In this document: piece after piece, positions 40,583-50,471 of the stretch
Layout of the letters: the number at the start of each line of letters is the position of its first letter
Position numbering within the stretch: the stretch's first letter is position 1
Source: Gammaproteobacteria bacterium
GTDB lineage: Bacteria > Pseudomonadota > Gammaproteobacteria > Steroidobacterales > JABDKV01
Direction of reading: 5' to 3'
DNA: 64,000 bases
Assembly (NCBI GenBank): GCA_013003425.1
Contig: JABDJB010000094.1
Span: 6,635 to 70,634, forward strand
The notes under the pieces: generated by a model
Databases searched by the model: none
What the model was told of the DNA's origin: nothing
Seen by the model: only the letters and a program-made list of their open reading frames with translations
Translations under genes and position numbers: made by a program

Positions 40583-41564
40583 AACCTGGTTTCATCGTCT
40601 GGCGCTGCTGGGCACGATCGTGACGCTGGTAATTGTGATGTCAGGGGCCTGGGTGCGTCTCACTGACGCTGGTCTGGGCTGCCCTGACTGGCCGGGCTGC
40701 TACGGCCGGCTGACCCCGCCGGTCACAGCGCAGGATATTGCAGCGAGCAACGAAGCGTTTCCCGGCGCGCCGGTCGACACCGGCAAAGCATGGCGCGAAA
40801 TGGCGCATCGCTATGCCATTCCATTGCTCGGTCTGATCGTGATTTCGCTTGCCGCCATCGCCATTACAACCCGGCGTGACCCGCTGATGCCATTCTGGGC
40901 GCCATTGCTGCTGGTGCCGTTGCTGGGGTTGCAGGCGATTCTCGGTATGTTGACCGTGACGCTGCAGCTCAAACCAATCGTAGTGCTGGCACATCTGTTG
41001 GGCGGCATGACAACGCTGGCGTTGCTGGGGTGGATGATGCTGCTGACACGGCCGCGGCCGCCACGACTGCTGCCTGCCGATAGCGGTTTTCGTGGCGTGG
41101 CACTGCTGGCGCTGCTGGTGATCTTTGCGCAGGTAGCGCTGGGTGGCTGGACCAGCGCCAACTATGCTGCGGTAGCCTGCCCGGATTTTCCCACCTGCCA
41201 GACGCAATGGTGGCCGCCGGCTGATTTTGCTTCCGGTTTTGTTCCCTGGCGCGGCCTCGGGGCAGCAGGTGATGCCGATTCCACTGCACGCACGGCGATT
41301 CACCTGGGTCACCGGCTTGGTGCGCTGGTAACTTTGCTTGTTGCCGGCGGTATCGCGCTCGCCGCGGCGCTGCGTGGCCGCGACCGCGCAACGCGCTGGT
41401 CCGGGGCGGCGATACTGCTGCTGCTCTTCGGCCAGGTGGCGCTGGGAATAACCATTGTGCTCAAGGGCTTGCCGCTGGCAGGAGCGGTTGCCCATAACGG
41501 CATGGCAGCCTTGCTGGTACTGGCCGCAGTGAGCCTGAATCACGCTGCATGGCGCCAGGCCTGA
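40575..41564 (+). CDS. ctaA: Heme A synthase (COX15/CtaA family)
   Basis: GAWVRLTDAGLGCPDWPGCYG, EMAHR, AHLLGG, ACPDFPTC, HLGHR, AHNG. Confidence 0.93.
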   Translation: MAETWFHRLALLGTIVTLVIVMSGAWVRLTDAGLGCPDWPGCYGRLTPPVTAQDIAASNEAFPGAPVDTGKAWREMAHRYAIPLLGLIVISLAAIAITTRRDPLMPFWAPLLLVPLLGLQAILGMLTVTLQLKPIVVLAHLLGGMTTLALLGWMMLLTRPRPPRLLPADSGFRGVALLALLVIFAQVALGGWTSANYAAVACPDFPTCQTQWWPPADFASGFVPWRGLGAAGDADSTARTAIHLGHRLGALVTLLVAGGIALAAALRGRDRATRWSGAAILLLLFGQVALGITIVLKGLPLAGAVAHNGMAALLVLAAVSLNHAAWRQA

Positions 41565-41581
41565 ACCGTTATCCAGAGACC

Positions 41582-42475
41582 GTGACAGCAATAACCGCCA
41601 GTCGACACTTCCAGGACTACCTTGCGTTGTGCAAACCGCGCGTGGTGTCGATGATCGTTTTTACCGCCATGGTAGGGATGTTGTTGTCGACGCCAGGGCT
41701 GGTTTCATTACAGGCCTTCGTTTTCGGTTCCATCGGCATAGGACTGGCAGCGGCATCCGCAGCAGCAATCAATCATGTGCTCGATCGGCGTATCGACGAA
41801 CGGATGCGCCGTACTCGCCGCCGGCCACTGCCGCAAGGGGCACTGAACGAAAAGCAGGCGCTGAGTTTTGCCATGCTACTCGGCTTGCTCGCGATGATAC
41901 TGCTGGTTTGGCTGGTCAATCCGCTAACTGCATTGCTTACATTCGCATCACTTATCGGCTACGCGGTTATTTACACCGCGTTTCTCAAGCACGCTACGCC
42001 ACAAAATATAGTCATTGGCGGTGCCGCAGGGGCCGCACCGCCGGTGCTCGGCTGGACAGCGGTTACCGGCCAGATCGACCCGCATTCGTTGCTGCTTTTT
42101 CTGATCATATTTACCTGGACACCACCGCACTTCTGGGCGCTGGCAATCTCGCGCCGCGAGGAATATTCCAACGCCGGCGTGCCGATGCTGCCGGTGACGC
42201 ACGGCGAGGCATTTACCCGTCTGCACATTCTGCTCTACACGCTGTTGCTGGTTCTGGTCAGCCTGTTGCCATACCTCACCGGTATGAGTGGCCTTGTGTA
42301 TCTGGCTGGCACGGTAATTCTCGATGCCGGCTTTCTCTATTACGCTATTGCTTTGAAGTTCCGCCCTCGGGTCGAGCTGCCGATGCAGACTTTTGCTTAC
42401 TCTCTTACCTACCTTGCCGGTATTTTCCTGCTGCTGCTCGGCGATCACTACGTGCAGCTTGTATTGCCGGCATGA
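41582..42475 (+). CDS. cyoE: Protoheme IX farnesyltransferase (heme O synthase)
   Basis: YLALCKPRVV, DRRIDERMRRT.RRPLP, LKHATPQNIVIGG.AGA, WTPPHFWAL, EEYSNAG.PMLPV; start GTG 41582 (or 41549). Confidence 0.96.
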   Translation: MTAITASRHFQDYLALCKPRVVSMIVFTAMVGMLLSTPGLVSLQAFVFGSIGIGLAAASAAAINHVLDRRIDERMRRTRRRPLPQGALNEKQALSFAMLLGLLAMILLVWLVNPLTALLTFASLIGYAVIYTAFLKHATPQNIVIGGAAGAAPPVLGWTAVTGQIDPHSLLLFLIIFTWTPPHFWALAISRREEYSNAGVPMLPVTHGEAFTRLHILLYTLLLVLVSLLPYLTGMSGLVYLAGTVILDAGFLYYAIALKFRPRVELPMQTFAYSLTYLAGIFLLLLGDHYVQLVLPA

Positions 42476-43437
42476 AGGCCACGACATTTGTCCTGCTCGC
42501 AGCCGCCGCAGCCGTTGTGGTGCTGGTGGTCTATGCGCTGCGGGAGCCGGCGCCATCATCAGTGCCTGCAGCCAGTCCGCCGCCATTACCGTCACGGGCT
42601 GTGGATGAATCGCCGCCGCCGGTGGCGGATATCGAGCCAGTTGCCGAGCCAGAGCCCGAGGGAGTCGACGAGGCGCTCCCGGAGATAGTGAGCGGCGCGG
42701 AACTCAATGCGTTGTTACAGCAATACGGCATCGGCCGGCTGGAGGGGCAGTGGCGCGAGTGGGCGATGAGTCGCGGCTTCCCGGTTCCGGCAGGCAGCGA
42801 CGGCTATGCCTATGAGCAGCCTTACGACCAGTACGATGACGAAACGCTGCGCGGCCTGGCCGATAACGGCGATATGTGGGCGCAACAGATGCTGGCAAAA
42901 CGTATCTCCCGCACCAACCCTGCCGAAGCCATCGAATTGTATCGCGAGGCAGCAATCCGTGGCTCGGTTTATGCGATGAGTGAGATGGCAAACCTGTTCG
43001 CCCGGATATCGGACAAGCGGCGCGAGGTGGAATTCAAGTCGCAGGACCTGGCGCTGGAGCAGGTATACGCCATGCGCGATGCGCCTGTCTCACCGGAGGT
43101 CTCCGGCTACGCATGGACCGCAGTGGCAGCAATGGCTGGTACCGAACCGATGTTTGGAAATATCGCCGCGACGCAGCTGTCGCGGCAGCTCAGCGACGAG
43201 CAAAAGGACGAAGCGTGTTCGATAGCAAGCGGCATGTACGATGAAATACGGCAGCGCCGGCAGGCGCTCGGGCTGGGTGACTATGACCGCAGCCCACCGC
43301 CAATCGTGTACTGGGATCAGGCTGCCACCGAGGTGTGCCCGGGCCAGGCGCCAAGCCTCGACCTTTCGGGGTGTCGGGAGATGCAGATTGAAGAAGATGG
43401 CGACAACAGCTCGGTCTGGCTGTGTGGCGACGAATAG
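42472..43437 (+). CDS. Hypothetical membrane-anchored protein with SEL1/TPR-like helices
   Basis: ATG overlaps cyoE stop; TM anchor, Pro/Glu-rich linker, LADNGDMWAQ..LA / AIELYREAAIRGSVYA repeats; only the 3' part of the 602-aa ORF-track ORF is credible. Confidence 0.65.
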   Translation: MKATTFVLLAAAAAVVVLVVYALREPAPSSVPAASPPPLPSRAVDESPPPVADIEPVAEPEPEGVDEALPEIVSGAELNALLQQYGIGRLEGQWREWAMSRGFPVPAGSDGYAYEQPYDQYDDETLRGLADNGDMWAQQMLAKRISRTNPAEAIELYREAAIRGSVYAMSEMANLFARISDKRREVEFKSQDLALEQVYAMRDAPVSPEVSGYAWTAVAAMAGTEPMFGNIAATQLSRQLSDEQKDEACSIASGMYDEIRQRRQALGLGDYDRSPPPIVYWDQAATEVCPGQAPSLDLSGCREMQIEEDGDNSSVWLCGDE

Positions 43438-43503
43438 AAATGTTGGCTGGTCGCGAAACAATTGCGCCTTAAAGCTTCCGGGCCGCAAGATTAAGCTAGC
43501 CTG

Positions 43504-45660
43504 ATGGACGTCACTCCCATACTGGGTAACCTCAACGACTCGCAACGCGAGGCTGTTACCTCGCCCGAATCACCGGTGCTGGTGCTGGCTGGTGCCGGCA
43601 GTGGCAAGACCCGCGTGTTGACGCATCGGATCGCCTGGCTGGTGGGTGTCGAAGACGTTTCCTGTCACAGCATTCTCGCGGTAACTTTTACCAACAAGGC
43701 CGCCGCGGAAATGCGTGGTCGCATTGAGTCGCTGCTCGAGGTGCCAACTGCCAATTTGTGGGTCGGCACGTTCCATGGGCTCGCCCACCGGCTGTTGCGG
43801 CGTCACTGGCAGGAGTCCGGTCTGCCGCAGAATTTTCAGATCATCGACGCCGATGACCAGCTGCGGGTGCTCCGGCGGCTGATACGCGAGCTGGAGCTCG
43901 ACGAAACCCGCTGGGTGCCCAAGGACGTGCGCAGCTTTATCAATAGTAATAAAGACGAAGGCCTGCGCCCTGCTGACCTGGATGCCGAAGACGACCCAAC
44001 CCGCCGCCAGCTGGTGCATCTCTACGACATTTACCAGCGGCATTGTGACAAGGCCGGCCTGGTCGATTTTGCCGAGCTGTTGTTGCGCGCCTATGAGTTG
44101 TGGCGCGATAACGACGAGCTGCTGGAGCATTATCGCAGGCGTTTTCGCTACGTACTGGTCGACGAGTTCCAGGACACCAATGTCATCCAGTACCGCTGGC
44201 TGAGATTGCTGGCCGGAGCCGATGGCGTGCCGTTTGTCGTCGGCGACGACGACCAGTCAATTTACCGCTGGCGCGGCGCCCGTATTGAACACCTGCATCA
44301 GTTCCAGAGGGACTTCCCCGCGACCCGGCTGGTCCGGCTGGAGCAGAATTACCGATCCACCGGGTCGATCCTCGGCGCTGCAAATGCTCTTATCGCCAAC
44401 AATACTTCGCGTCTCGGCAAAAACCTATGGACGGACGGCGAAGATGGCGAGCCGATACGTATATATTCCGGCTTCAATGAACGGGATGAGGCGCAGTTTG
44501 TAGTCAGCAAGATCAAGGACTGGTTCGAGCAGGGTGGGGCACGCGCGGAAACCGCGGTGTTGTACCGCTCCAATGCCCAGTCGCGTGTTTTTGAAGAAGC
44601 GCTGATCAATTCTGCCGTTCCCTACCGTGTCTATGGCGGCCTGCGCTTTTTCGAGCGCGCCGAAATCAAGGACGCGCTCGCCTACCTGCGCCTGCTGGTC
44701 AACCGCAGCGACGATCCGTCGTTCGAAAGAGTGGTCAACCAGCCGACGCGCGGTATCGGCGCCCGCTCGCTGGAAGTTATCCGCGAGTATGCGCAGGCTA
44801 ATGCAACGTCAATGTGGCAGGCAGGTGGCGCGGCGATAGAAAACGGCATAAAGGGGCGTGCCGGCAAGAGCCTGTTTGAATTCATGCGGCTGATCGAAGA
44901 GCTCGATCATCAGACGCGCGATCTGGAGCTGCACGAGCGCGTCGATATAGTGATCAACCGCAGCGGCCTGATAGCGCACTATGGCAAGGAGCCCGGTGAG
45001 AAGGGTCGCGCGCGCGTGGAAAACCTCGAGGAACTGGTCAGTGCGGCGCGCGGGTTCCTGCCGGATGAGCAGCTGGACATGCCGGCTCTCGATGCGTTCC
45101 TTGCGCATGCTGCGCTGGAGGCCGGCGATGATCAGGGCGACCCGTGGGAAGACTGCGTGCAGCTGATGACGCTGCACTCGGCCAAAGGGCTGGAGTTTCC
45201 GCTGGTATTTCTGTCCGGAATGGAGGACGGCCTGTTCCCTCACCGGTTATCAACCGGCGACAGCAAGGCGCTCGAGGAAGAGCGACGGTTGTGCTACGTC
45301 GGCATCACCCGGGCGATGAAGCAGCTGTATATGACCTATGCGGAGCAACGCCGGCTGCACGGTATGGATACCTATGGCATGCCGTCGCGTTTCATCAGCG
45401 AGCTGCCGCAGGAGCTCGTGGAAGAGGTACGGCCGCGGGTGCAGGTATCCAGGCCGGTGTACCGCCCGCAACGTGGGGCGCCCGCCGCGGAGGCGCCTGC
45501 GGGCATGCGGCTGGGGCAACGGGTGCGGCATGGCAAGTTTGGTGAAGGCGTCGTGCTCAATTACGAGGGCGACGGGGCGCATGCGCGGCTGCAGGTCAAC
45601 TTTGAACAGGCCGGCACCAAGTGGCTGGTCATGGCCTACGCGAACCTGGAAGTGTTGTAG
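43504..45660 (+). CDS. uvrD: DNA helicase II
   Basis: LAGAGSGKTRVL, LVDEFQDTN, VGDDDQSIYRWRGA, LEQNYRS, MTLHSAKGLEF, EERRLCYVGITRA. Confidence 0.97.
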   Translation: MDVTPILGNLNDSQREAVTSPESPVLVLAGAGSGKTRVLTHRIAWLVGVEDVSCHSILAVTFTNKAAAEMRGRIESLLEVPTANLWVGTFHGLAHRLLRRHWQESGLPQNFQIIDADDQLRVLRRLIRELELDETRWVPKDVRSFINSNKDEGLRPADLDAEDDPTRRQLVHLYDIYQRHCDKAGLVDFAELLLRAYELWRDNDELLEHYRRRFRYVLVDEFQDTNVIQYRWLRLLAGADGVPFVVGDDDQSIYRWRGARIEHLHQFQRDFPATRLVRLEQNYRSTGSILGAANALIANNTSRLGKNLWTDGEDGEPIRIYSGFNERDEAQFVVSKIKDWFEQGGARAETAVLYRSNAQSRVFEEALINSAVPYRVYGGLRFFERAEIKDALAYLRLLVNRSDDPSFERVVNQPTRGIGARSLEVIREYAQANATSMWQAGGAAIENGIKGRAGKSLFEFMRLIEELDHQTRDLELHERVDIVINRSGLIAHYGKEPGEKGRARVENLEELVSAARGFLPDEQLDMPALDAFLAHAALEAGDDQGDPWEDCVQLMTLHSAKGLEFPLVFLSGMEDGLFPHRLSTGDSKALEEERRLCYVGITRAMKQLYMTYAEQRRLHGMDTYGMPSRFISELPQELVEEVRPRVQVSRPVYRPQRGAPAAEAPAGMRLGQRVRHGKFGEGVVLNYEGDGAHARLQVNFEQAGTKWLVMAYANLEVL

Positions 45661-45693
45661 AATCGGCGCGCCTTCGCGTTAACGGCAGGACGC

Positions 45694-47073
45694 ATGAAAA
45701 TCATTATTCTCGGGGCAGGTCAGGTCGGTTCGACTGTTGCCTATCACCTGGCCCGCGAGGAAGCCAACGAAGTCACCATTGTCGATATCGACGCGGTGCA
45801 CCTGCGTGAGCTGCAGGATCGTCTGGACCTGCGCACCGTGCAGGGGCGCGCCTCGCATCCCGCCGTGCTGCGGGCAGCCGGCGCCGGCGATGCTGACATG
45901 ATCATTGCCCTGACCGATAGCGACGAAACCAATATGGTCGCCTGCCAGGTTGCCTATACCCTGTTCCATACGCCCACAAAGATCGCCCGCGTTCGCGCTG
46001 CCGAATACATGGTCGAGCAGCAAAAACTGTTTGCGCAGGAAGCGATGCCGGTCGATTACATCATCAGCCCGGAAAAACTCGTCACCCGTCATATAAAGCG
46101 ACTGATCCAGTATCCCGGTGCACTGCAGGTGCTGGAGTTCGCCGACGGCAAGGTGCGTCTGGTTGCCGTGCGTACCCACAAGGAGGGGCTGCTGGTCGGG
46201 CACCAGCTGTCAGAGCTCAAGGAGCATATTCCCAATGTGGAAACACGCGTGGTTGCCATCTATCGCGGCGACCGCAGCATCCTGCCCGATGGCAAAACTG
46301 TAATCCAGGAAGACGACGAGATTTTCTTTATCGCCGCGCGCAAGGATATTCGCGTGGTGATGTCCGAGCTGCGTAAGCTGGAACACCCGGTGCGCAGTGT
46401 GGTTATCGCCGGAGGCGGTAATATCGGGCTGAACCTGGCGCGTGAACTCGAGCGCACCAACCAGGTGAAGCTGATCGAGCGCGATCGTGATCGTGCGCGT
46501 GAAATTTCCGAGCAACTTGATCGCACTATTGTGCTGCATGGCGATGCGGCCGATGAAGAGTTGCTCACCGAGGAGAATATCGACGTCTGTGATGTATTTT
46601 GTTCTGTGACCAATGCGGACGAGGCCAACATACTTTCAGCAATGCTGGCCAAGCGGCTCGGTGCGCGCAAGGTGATGGCGCTGATCAACAGGCCGTCCTA
46701 CGCAGCACTGGTTGAGGCCGGCACTATTGATATAGCGATCTCGCCACAACAGATTACGCTTGGCTCGCTGCTGGCCCACGTACGACGCGGTGATGTCGCC
46801 AAGGTGCATTCCCTGCGTCGTGGTGGTGCCGAAGCTATCGAGGCCATTGCGCACGGCAAAAAAGGCCATTCCAGGGTGGTTGGACGCGCTGTGGAAGACA
46901 TCGCGCTACCGGCCGGCACCAGCATCAGCGCGCTGGTGCGCGGTGACGAAGTGGTTATTGCTCATCACGATACCGTGATCGAGGAAGACGATCACGTCAT
47001 CCTGTTTATGTCCGACCGGCGCAAGATCGAAGAAGTGGAAAAACTCTTTCAGGTCGACGTCACTTTCATCTGA
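45694..47073 (+). CDS. trkA: Trk potassium transporter regulatory subunit
   Basis: Two RCK domains: IIILGAGQVG and IAGGGNIG, DETNMVAC. Confidence 0.96.
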   Translation: MKIIILGAGQVGSTVAYHLAREEANEVTIVDIDAVHLRELQDRLDLRTVQGRASHPAVLRAAGAGDADMIIALTDSDETNMVACQVAYTLFHTPTKIARVRAAEYMVEQQKLFAQEAMPVDYIISPEKLVTRHIKRLIQYPGALQVLEFADGKVRLVAVRTHKEGLLVGHQLSELKEHIPNVETRVVAIYRGDRSILPDGKTVIQEDDEIFFIAARKDIRVVMSELRKLEHPVRSVVIAGGGNIGLNLARELERTNQVKLIERDRDRAREISEQLDRTIVLHGDAADEELLTEENIDVCDVFCSVTNADEANILSAMLAKRLGARKVMALINRPSYAALVEAGTIDIAISPQQITLGSLLAHVRRGDVAKVHSLRRGGAEAIEAIAHGKKGHSRVVGRAVEDIALPAGTSISALVRGDEVVIAHHDTVIEEDDHVILFMSDRRKIEEVEKLFQVDVTFI

Positions 47074-48524
47074 TGTCTATCCGCGTCATACAGCGCATCA
47101 TCGGACTGTTGCTGATGATATTCAGCATCACCATGTTGCCGGCTATGGCGGTGTCGTTGTTCTACGCTGATGGCGAGCACCTGGCATTCCTCGGCGGCTT
47201 TGGCGTGACCGCCCTGGCAGGAATCGTGCTGTGGTTTCCGGTCCGCAAGGTTGACGATGAGCTGCGCCTGCGCGACGGCTTCCTGGTGGTGGCCGGTTTC
47301 TGGGTCGTGCTGGGACTGTTCGGGGCGGCGCCGTTGCTGCTGGCCGAGCAGCTGGAAATGAAACCGATCGATGCGGTGTTCGAGTCGATGTCCGGACTTA
47401 CCACCACCGGCGCGACAGTACTCACCGGGCTCGATGCGCTGCCCAGGTCGATACTTTACTACCGCCAGCAACTGCAGTGGCTGGGCGGAATGGGCATTAT
47501 CGTGCTGGCGGTTGCCGTGCTGCCAATGCTCGGCGTAGGCGGCATGCAGCTGTACCGGGCAGAGACTCCCGGCCCGGTAAAGGATACCAAGCTGACACCA
47601 CGTATCACCGAGACCGCCAAGGCGCTTTGGTATATCTATGTCGGAATTACCATTGTCTGTGTACTGGCGTACATGGCAGCTGGTATGGACCTGTTCGACG
47701 CGATAGGCCACGGGTTCAGCACAGTTGCGATCGGTGGTTTTTCGACGCATGACGCCAGTATTGGCCATTTCGAAAGTCCGCTGATCGAGATGACTGCTGT
47801 CGTTTTCATGTTCATTGCGGGCATCAACTTTTCACTGCACTTTCTCGCCTGGCGTACTGCAACTCTGGGAAACTATCTGCGTGACCCGGAGTTTCGCGCT
47901 TTTGTAACGGTGCTGGGAACGCTGACTTTCATGGTGACTATCTACCTGGTTGTCACCGGCCACTACCCGACGGTGACCGAAGCTTTCACCAAGGCGATTT
48001 TCCAGGCGGTATCGATTGGCACGACAACCGGTTTCACCACTGCTGATTATTCAGTCTGGCCGGGCTCGTTGCCGGTGGCGCTGATTCTGGCGAGTTTTAT
48101 CGGCGGCTGTGCGGGCTCGACCGGCGGTGGCATGAAGGTGGTGCGCTGGTTGTTGATTTACAAGCAGGGCGTGCGCGAAGTTCGTCAACTGGTTCATCCC
48201 AGCGCGCAGATCCCGGTCAAAATCGGTTCCAAAGCGGTGCCGGAGCGGGTGATAGGCGCGGTCTGGGGCTTTTTCGCCGTCTATATCATCCTGTTCGGCG
48301 TAATGATGCTGATGCTCCTGGCCACCGGGCTGGACCAAGTAACCGCATTTTCCGCGGTAGCCGCGGCGCTGAACAATCTCGGGCCGGGCCTGGGTGACGT
48401 GTCCGGCAACTTCGCATCCATCAGCACCTTTGCAAAAGCCGTATCGATTGCCGCAATGCTGCTCGGCCGGCTGGAAATCTTTACGCTTTTCGTGTTGTTC
48501 ACACCTACTTTCTGGCAGCGGTGA
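47073..48524 (+). CDS. trkH: Trk potassium transporter membrane subunit
   Basis: FESMSGLTTTGAT, QWLGGMGII, GGCAGSTGGGMK, LNNLGPG, GRLEIFT. Confidence 0.96.
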   Translation: MSIRVIQRIIGLLLMIFSITMLPAMAVSLFYADGEHLAFLGGFGVTALAGIVLWFPVRKVDDELRLRDGFLVVAGFWVVLGLFGAAPLLLAEQLEMKPIDAVFESMSGLTTTGATVLTGLDALPRSILYYRQQLQWLGGMGIIVLAVAVLPMLGVGGMQLYRAETPGPVKDTKLTPRITETAKALWYIYVGITIVCVLAYMAAGMDLFDAIGHGFSTVAIGGFSTHDASIGHFESPLIEMTAVVFMFIAGINFSLHFLAWRTATLGNYLRDPEFRAFVTVLGTLTFMVTIYLVVTGHYPTVTEAFTKAIFQAVSIGTTTGFTTADYSVWPGSLPVALILASFIGGCAGSTGGGMKVVRWLLIYKQGVREVRQLVHPSAQIPVKIGSKAVPERVIGAVWGFFAVYIILFGVMMLMLLATGLDQVTAFSAVAAALNNLGPGLGDVSGNFASISTFAKAVSIAAMLLGRLEIFTLFVLFTPTFWQR

Positions 48525-48552
48525 ATGCAAGCACCGGTTTGACCGCCATCGT

Positions 48553-49092
48553 ATGTTGAGCCTTGCTGACAGACTGGACGCGATCAACCGGATGATCGGC
48601 CGCAGCGCAGCCTGGCTAACGCTCTTTATGGTGCTGCTCACGGTTGTTGTCGTGGTGCTGCGCTATTTTTTCGACTTCGGTCGTATCTGGATGCAGGAGC
48701 TGGTCACCTGGTCGCACGCGGCGGTGTTCCTGCTGGGCGCTGCTTATACGCTCGGTTGTAACGAGCACGTTCGCGTCGATATTTTTTATCGCAAGGCAAG
48801 CCCGCGCATACGGGCGGGCGTTGATATTGCCGGCACACTGCTGCTGCTGTTTCCGGTGTGCGGCCTGCTGTTGTATACCGGCAGCGGCTACGCGATGAAA
48901 TCCTGGCGCCTGGCAGAAAACTCCCCGGAGACCGGCGGGCTGCCTTTCCCTTTCATCCCGATTGCCAAGAGCCTGCTGCTGGCGATGATAGTGCTGCTGG
49001 TCAGCCAGGGAATCGTAATCCTGCTACGCAATTTCCATGCCCTGCGTAGCGGCCGGTTTCCGCCCGAACGAAGCGCCGGGGACGTGCTGTAA
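48553..49092 (+). CDS. TRAP transporter small permease (DctQ-like)
   Basis: VVVLRYFF, QELVTWSHAAVFLLGAAY.L..NEHVRVDIFY; ATG 48553. Confidence 0.92.
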   Translation: MLSLADRLDAINRMIGRSAAWLTLFMVLLTVVVVVLRYFFDFGRIWMQELVTWSHAAVFLLGAAYTLGCNEHVRVDIFYRKASPRIRAGVDIAGTLLLLFPVCGLLLYTGSGYAMKSWRLAENSPETGGLPFPFIPIAKSLLLAMIVLLVSQGIVILLRNFHALRSGRFPPERSAGDVL

Positions 49093-49094
49093 TC

Positions 49095-50471
49095 ATGTTG
49101 GCGTTGTTACTGTTTCTCGCAGTTGTGCTTGTCCTCCTGGCCGGTTATCCCGTGGCATTCAGCCTGGCCGGCACGGCGCTGGCCTTTGCGGCCGTTGGCG
49201 CAATGAGTGGCTCTTTCGACCCGACGTTTCTCAGCGTGATGCCAAACCGGATTTACGGCAGCGTGATGACAAACGATATCCTGGTCGCGGTGCCGCTGTT
49301 TGTATTCATGGGAGTGATGCTCGAGCGCGCACGCATTGCCGAGAGTCTGCTCGATACGTTGGGGCTGCTGTTCGGCCGGGTGCGTGGCGGGCTCGGTGTC
49401 GGCGTGCTGCTGGTTGGCGTGCTGCTGGCCGCCAGCACCGGTATTGTTGGCGCGACAGTGGTAACTATGGGCCTTTTATCTCTGCCAACGATGCTCAGGC
49501 GTGGCTACGACGCCAGGGTGGCAACCGGCGTGATTTGTGCATCCGGCACCCTTGGCCAGATTATTCCGCCTTCCATCGTGCTGGTGCTGCTTGGCGACGT
49601 GCTGTCGTCCGCCTATCAGCAGGCGCAAATCGATCTTGGGGTGTTTTCGCCAAAAACAGTTTCTGTGGGCGATCTTTTTATCGGAGCGTTGCTGCCCGGG
49701 CTGATGCTGGTCGGTTTTTACGCCGCCTATATCCTGCTCACAGCCGCGCTCAGGCCACAGACAATGCCCGCAATTAGCCCGAAAGCCGGTGCGTTGACGG
49801 CTGGTCAGCTCGCCGTGCGAGTGGTCAAAGTGCTGTTGCCTCCGGTCGTGCTGATTATTGCGGTTCTCGGTTCCATCATCGGCGGGCTGGCGACGCCAAC
49901 AGAAGCGGCTGCAGTCGGCGCATTTGGTGCGCTGGTCATCGCGCTTGCCCGACGCGAGCTGGATATGGCGAGGCTGCGTGACGTAATGCGTACAACCACG
50001 CGTGTCAGCAGCATGGTCTTTCTGATTCTCATCGGTGCTTCGGTATTTTCCCTCGTGTTCCGGGGCTTTGGTGGCGACGAAACGGTGCATGCGTTACTCA
50101 CCGACTTGCCGGGCGGCACAGCCGGGGCGGTGATAGCCGTAATGCTGATGATGTTCGTGCTTGGTTTCGTGCTCGACTTTATCGAGATTACTTTTGTGGT
50201 TGTGCCGATTGTTGGCCCCGCATTGCTGGCGATGGGTCTCGACCCGGTGTGGCTCGGGGTGATGATTGCGATCAACCTGCAGACATCCTTCCTGACGCCG
50301 CCATTTGGTTTTGCTCTGTTCTATCTGCGTGGCGTGGCGCCGGCCGAGGTGCAGACCACCGATATTTATCGAGGGGTGATGCCCTTCGTCGCGATTCAGC
50401 TGGTCGCGCTGGCCATTCTGGCTGCATGGCCCCAGCTGGCGACCTGGTTACCCGGAGTCGTTTACGGCTGA
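49095..50471 (+). CDS. TRAP transporter large permease (DctM-like)
   Basis: GYPVAFSL, LVAVPLFVFMG, ASGTLGQIIPPS, TPTEAAAVG, NLQTSFLTPPFG. Confidence 0.95.
   Translation: MLALLLFLAVVLVLLAGYPVAFSLAGTALAFAAVGAMSGSFDPTFLSVMPNRIYGSVMTNDILVAVPLFVFMGVMLERARIAESLLDTLGLLFGRVRGGLGVGVLLVGVLLAASTGIVGATVVTMGLLSLPTMLRRGYDARVATGVICASGTLGQIIPPSIVLVLLGDVLSSAYQQAQIDLGVFSPKTVSVGDLFIGALLPGLMLVGFYAAYILLTAALRPQTMPAISPKAGALTAGQLAVRVVKVLLPPVVLIIAVLGSIIGGLATPTEAAAVGAFGALVIALARRELDMARLRDVMRTTTRVSSMVFLILIGASVFSLVFRGFGGDETVHALLTDLPGGTAGAVIAVMLMMFVLGFVLDFIEITFVVVPIVGPALLAMGLDPVWLGVMIAINLQTSFLTPPFGFALFYLRGVAPAEVQTTDIYRGVMPFVAIQLVALAILAAWPQLATWLPGVVYG

Noticed and set aside
41629-42471. 602-aa ORF suggesting a long overlapping gene within cyoE
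   Set aside because: The 5' ~280 codons are an Arg/Cys-rich off-frame shadow of cyoE; only the part from ATG 42472 looks like a real protein.
43438-43503. LexA box upstream of uvrD
   Set aside because: No CTG-N10-CAG match found.
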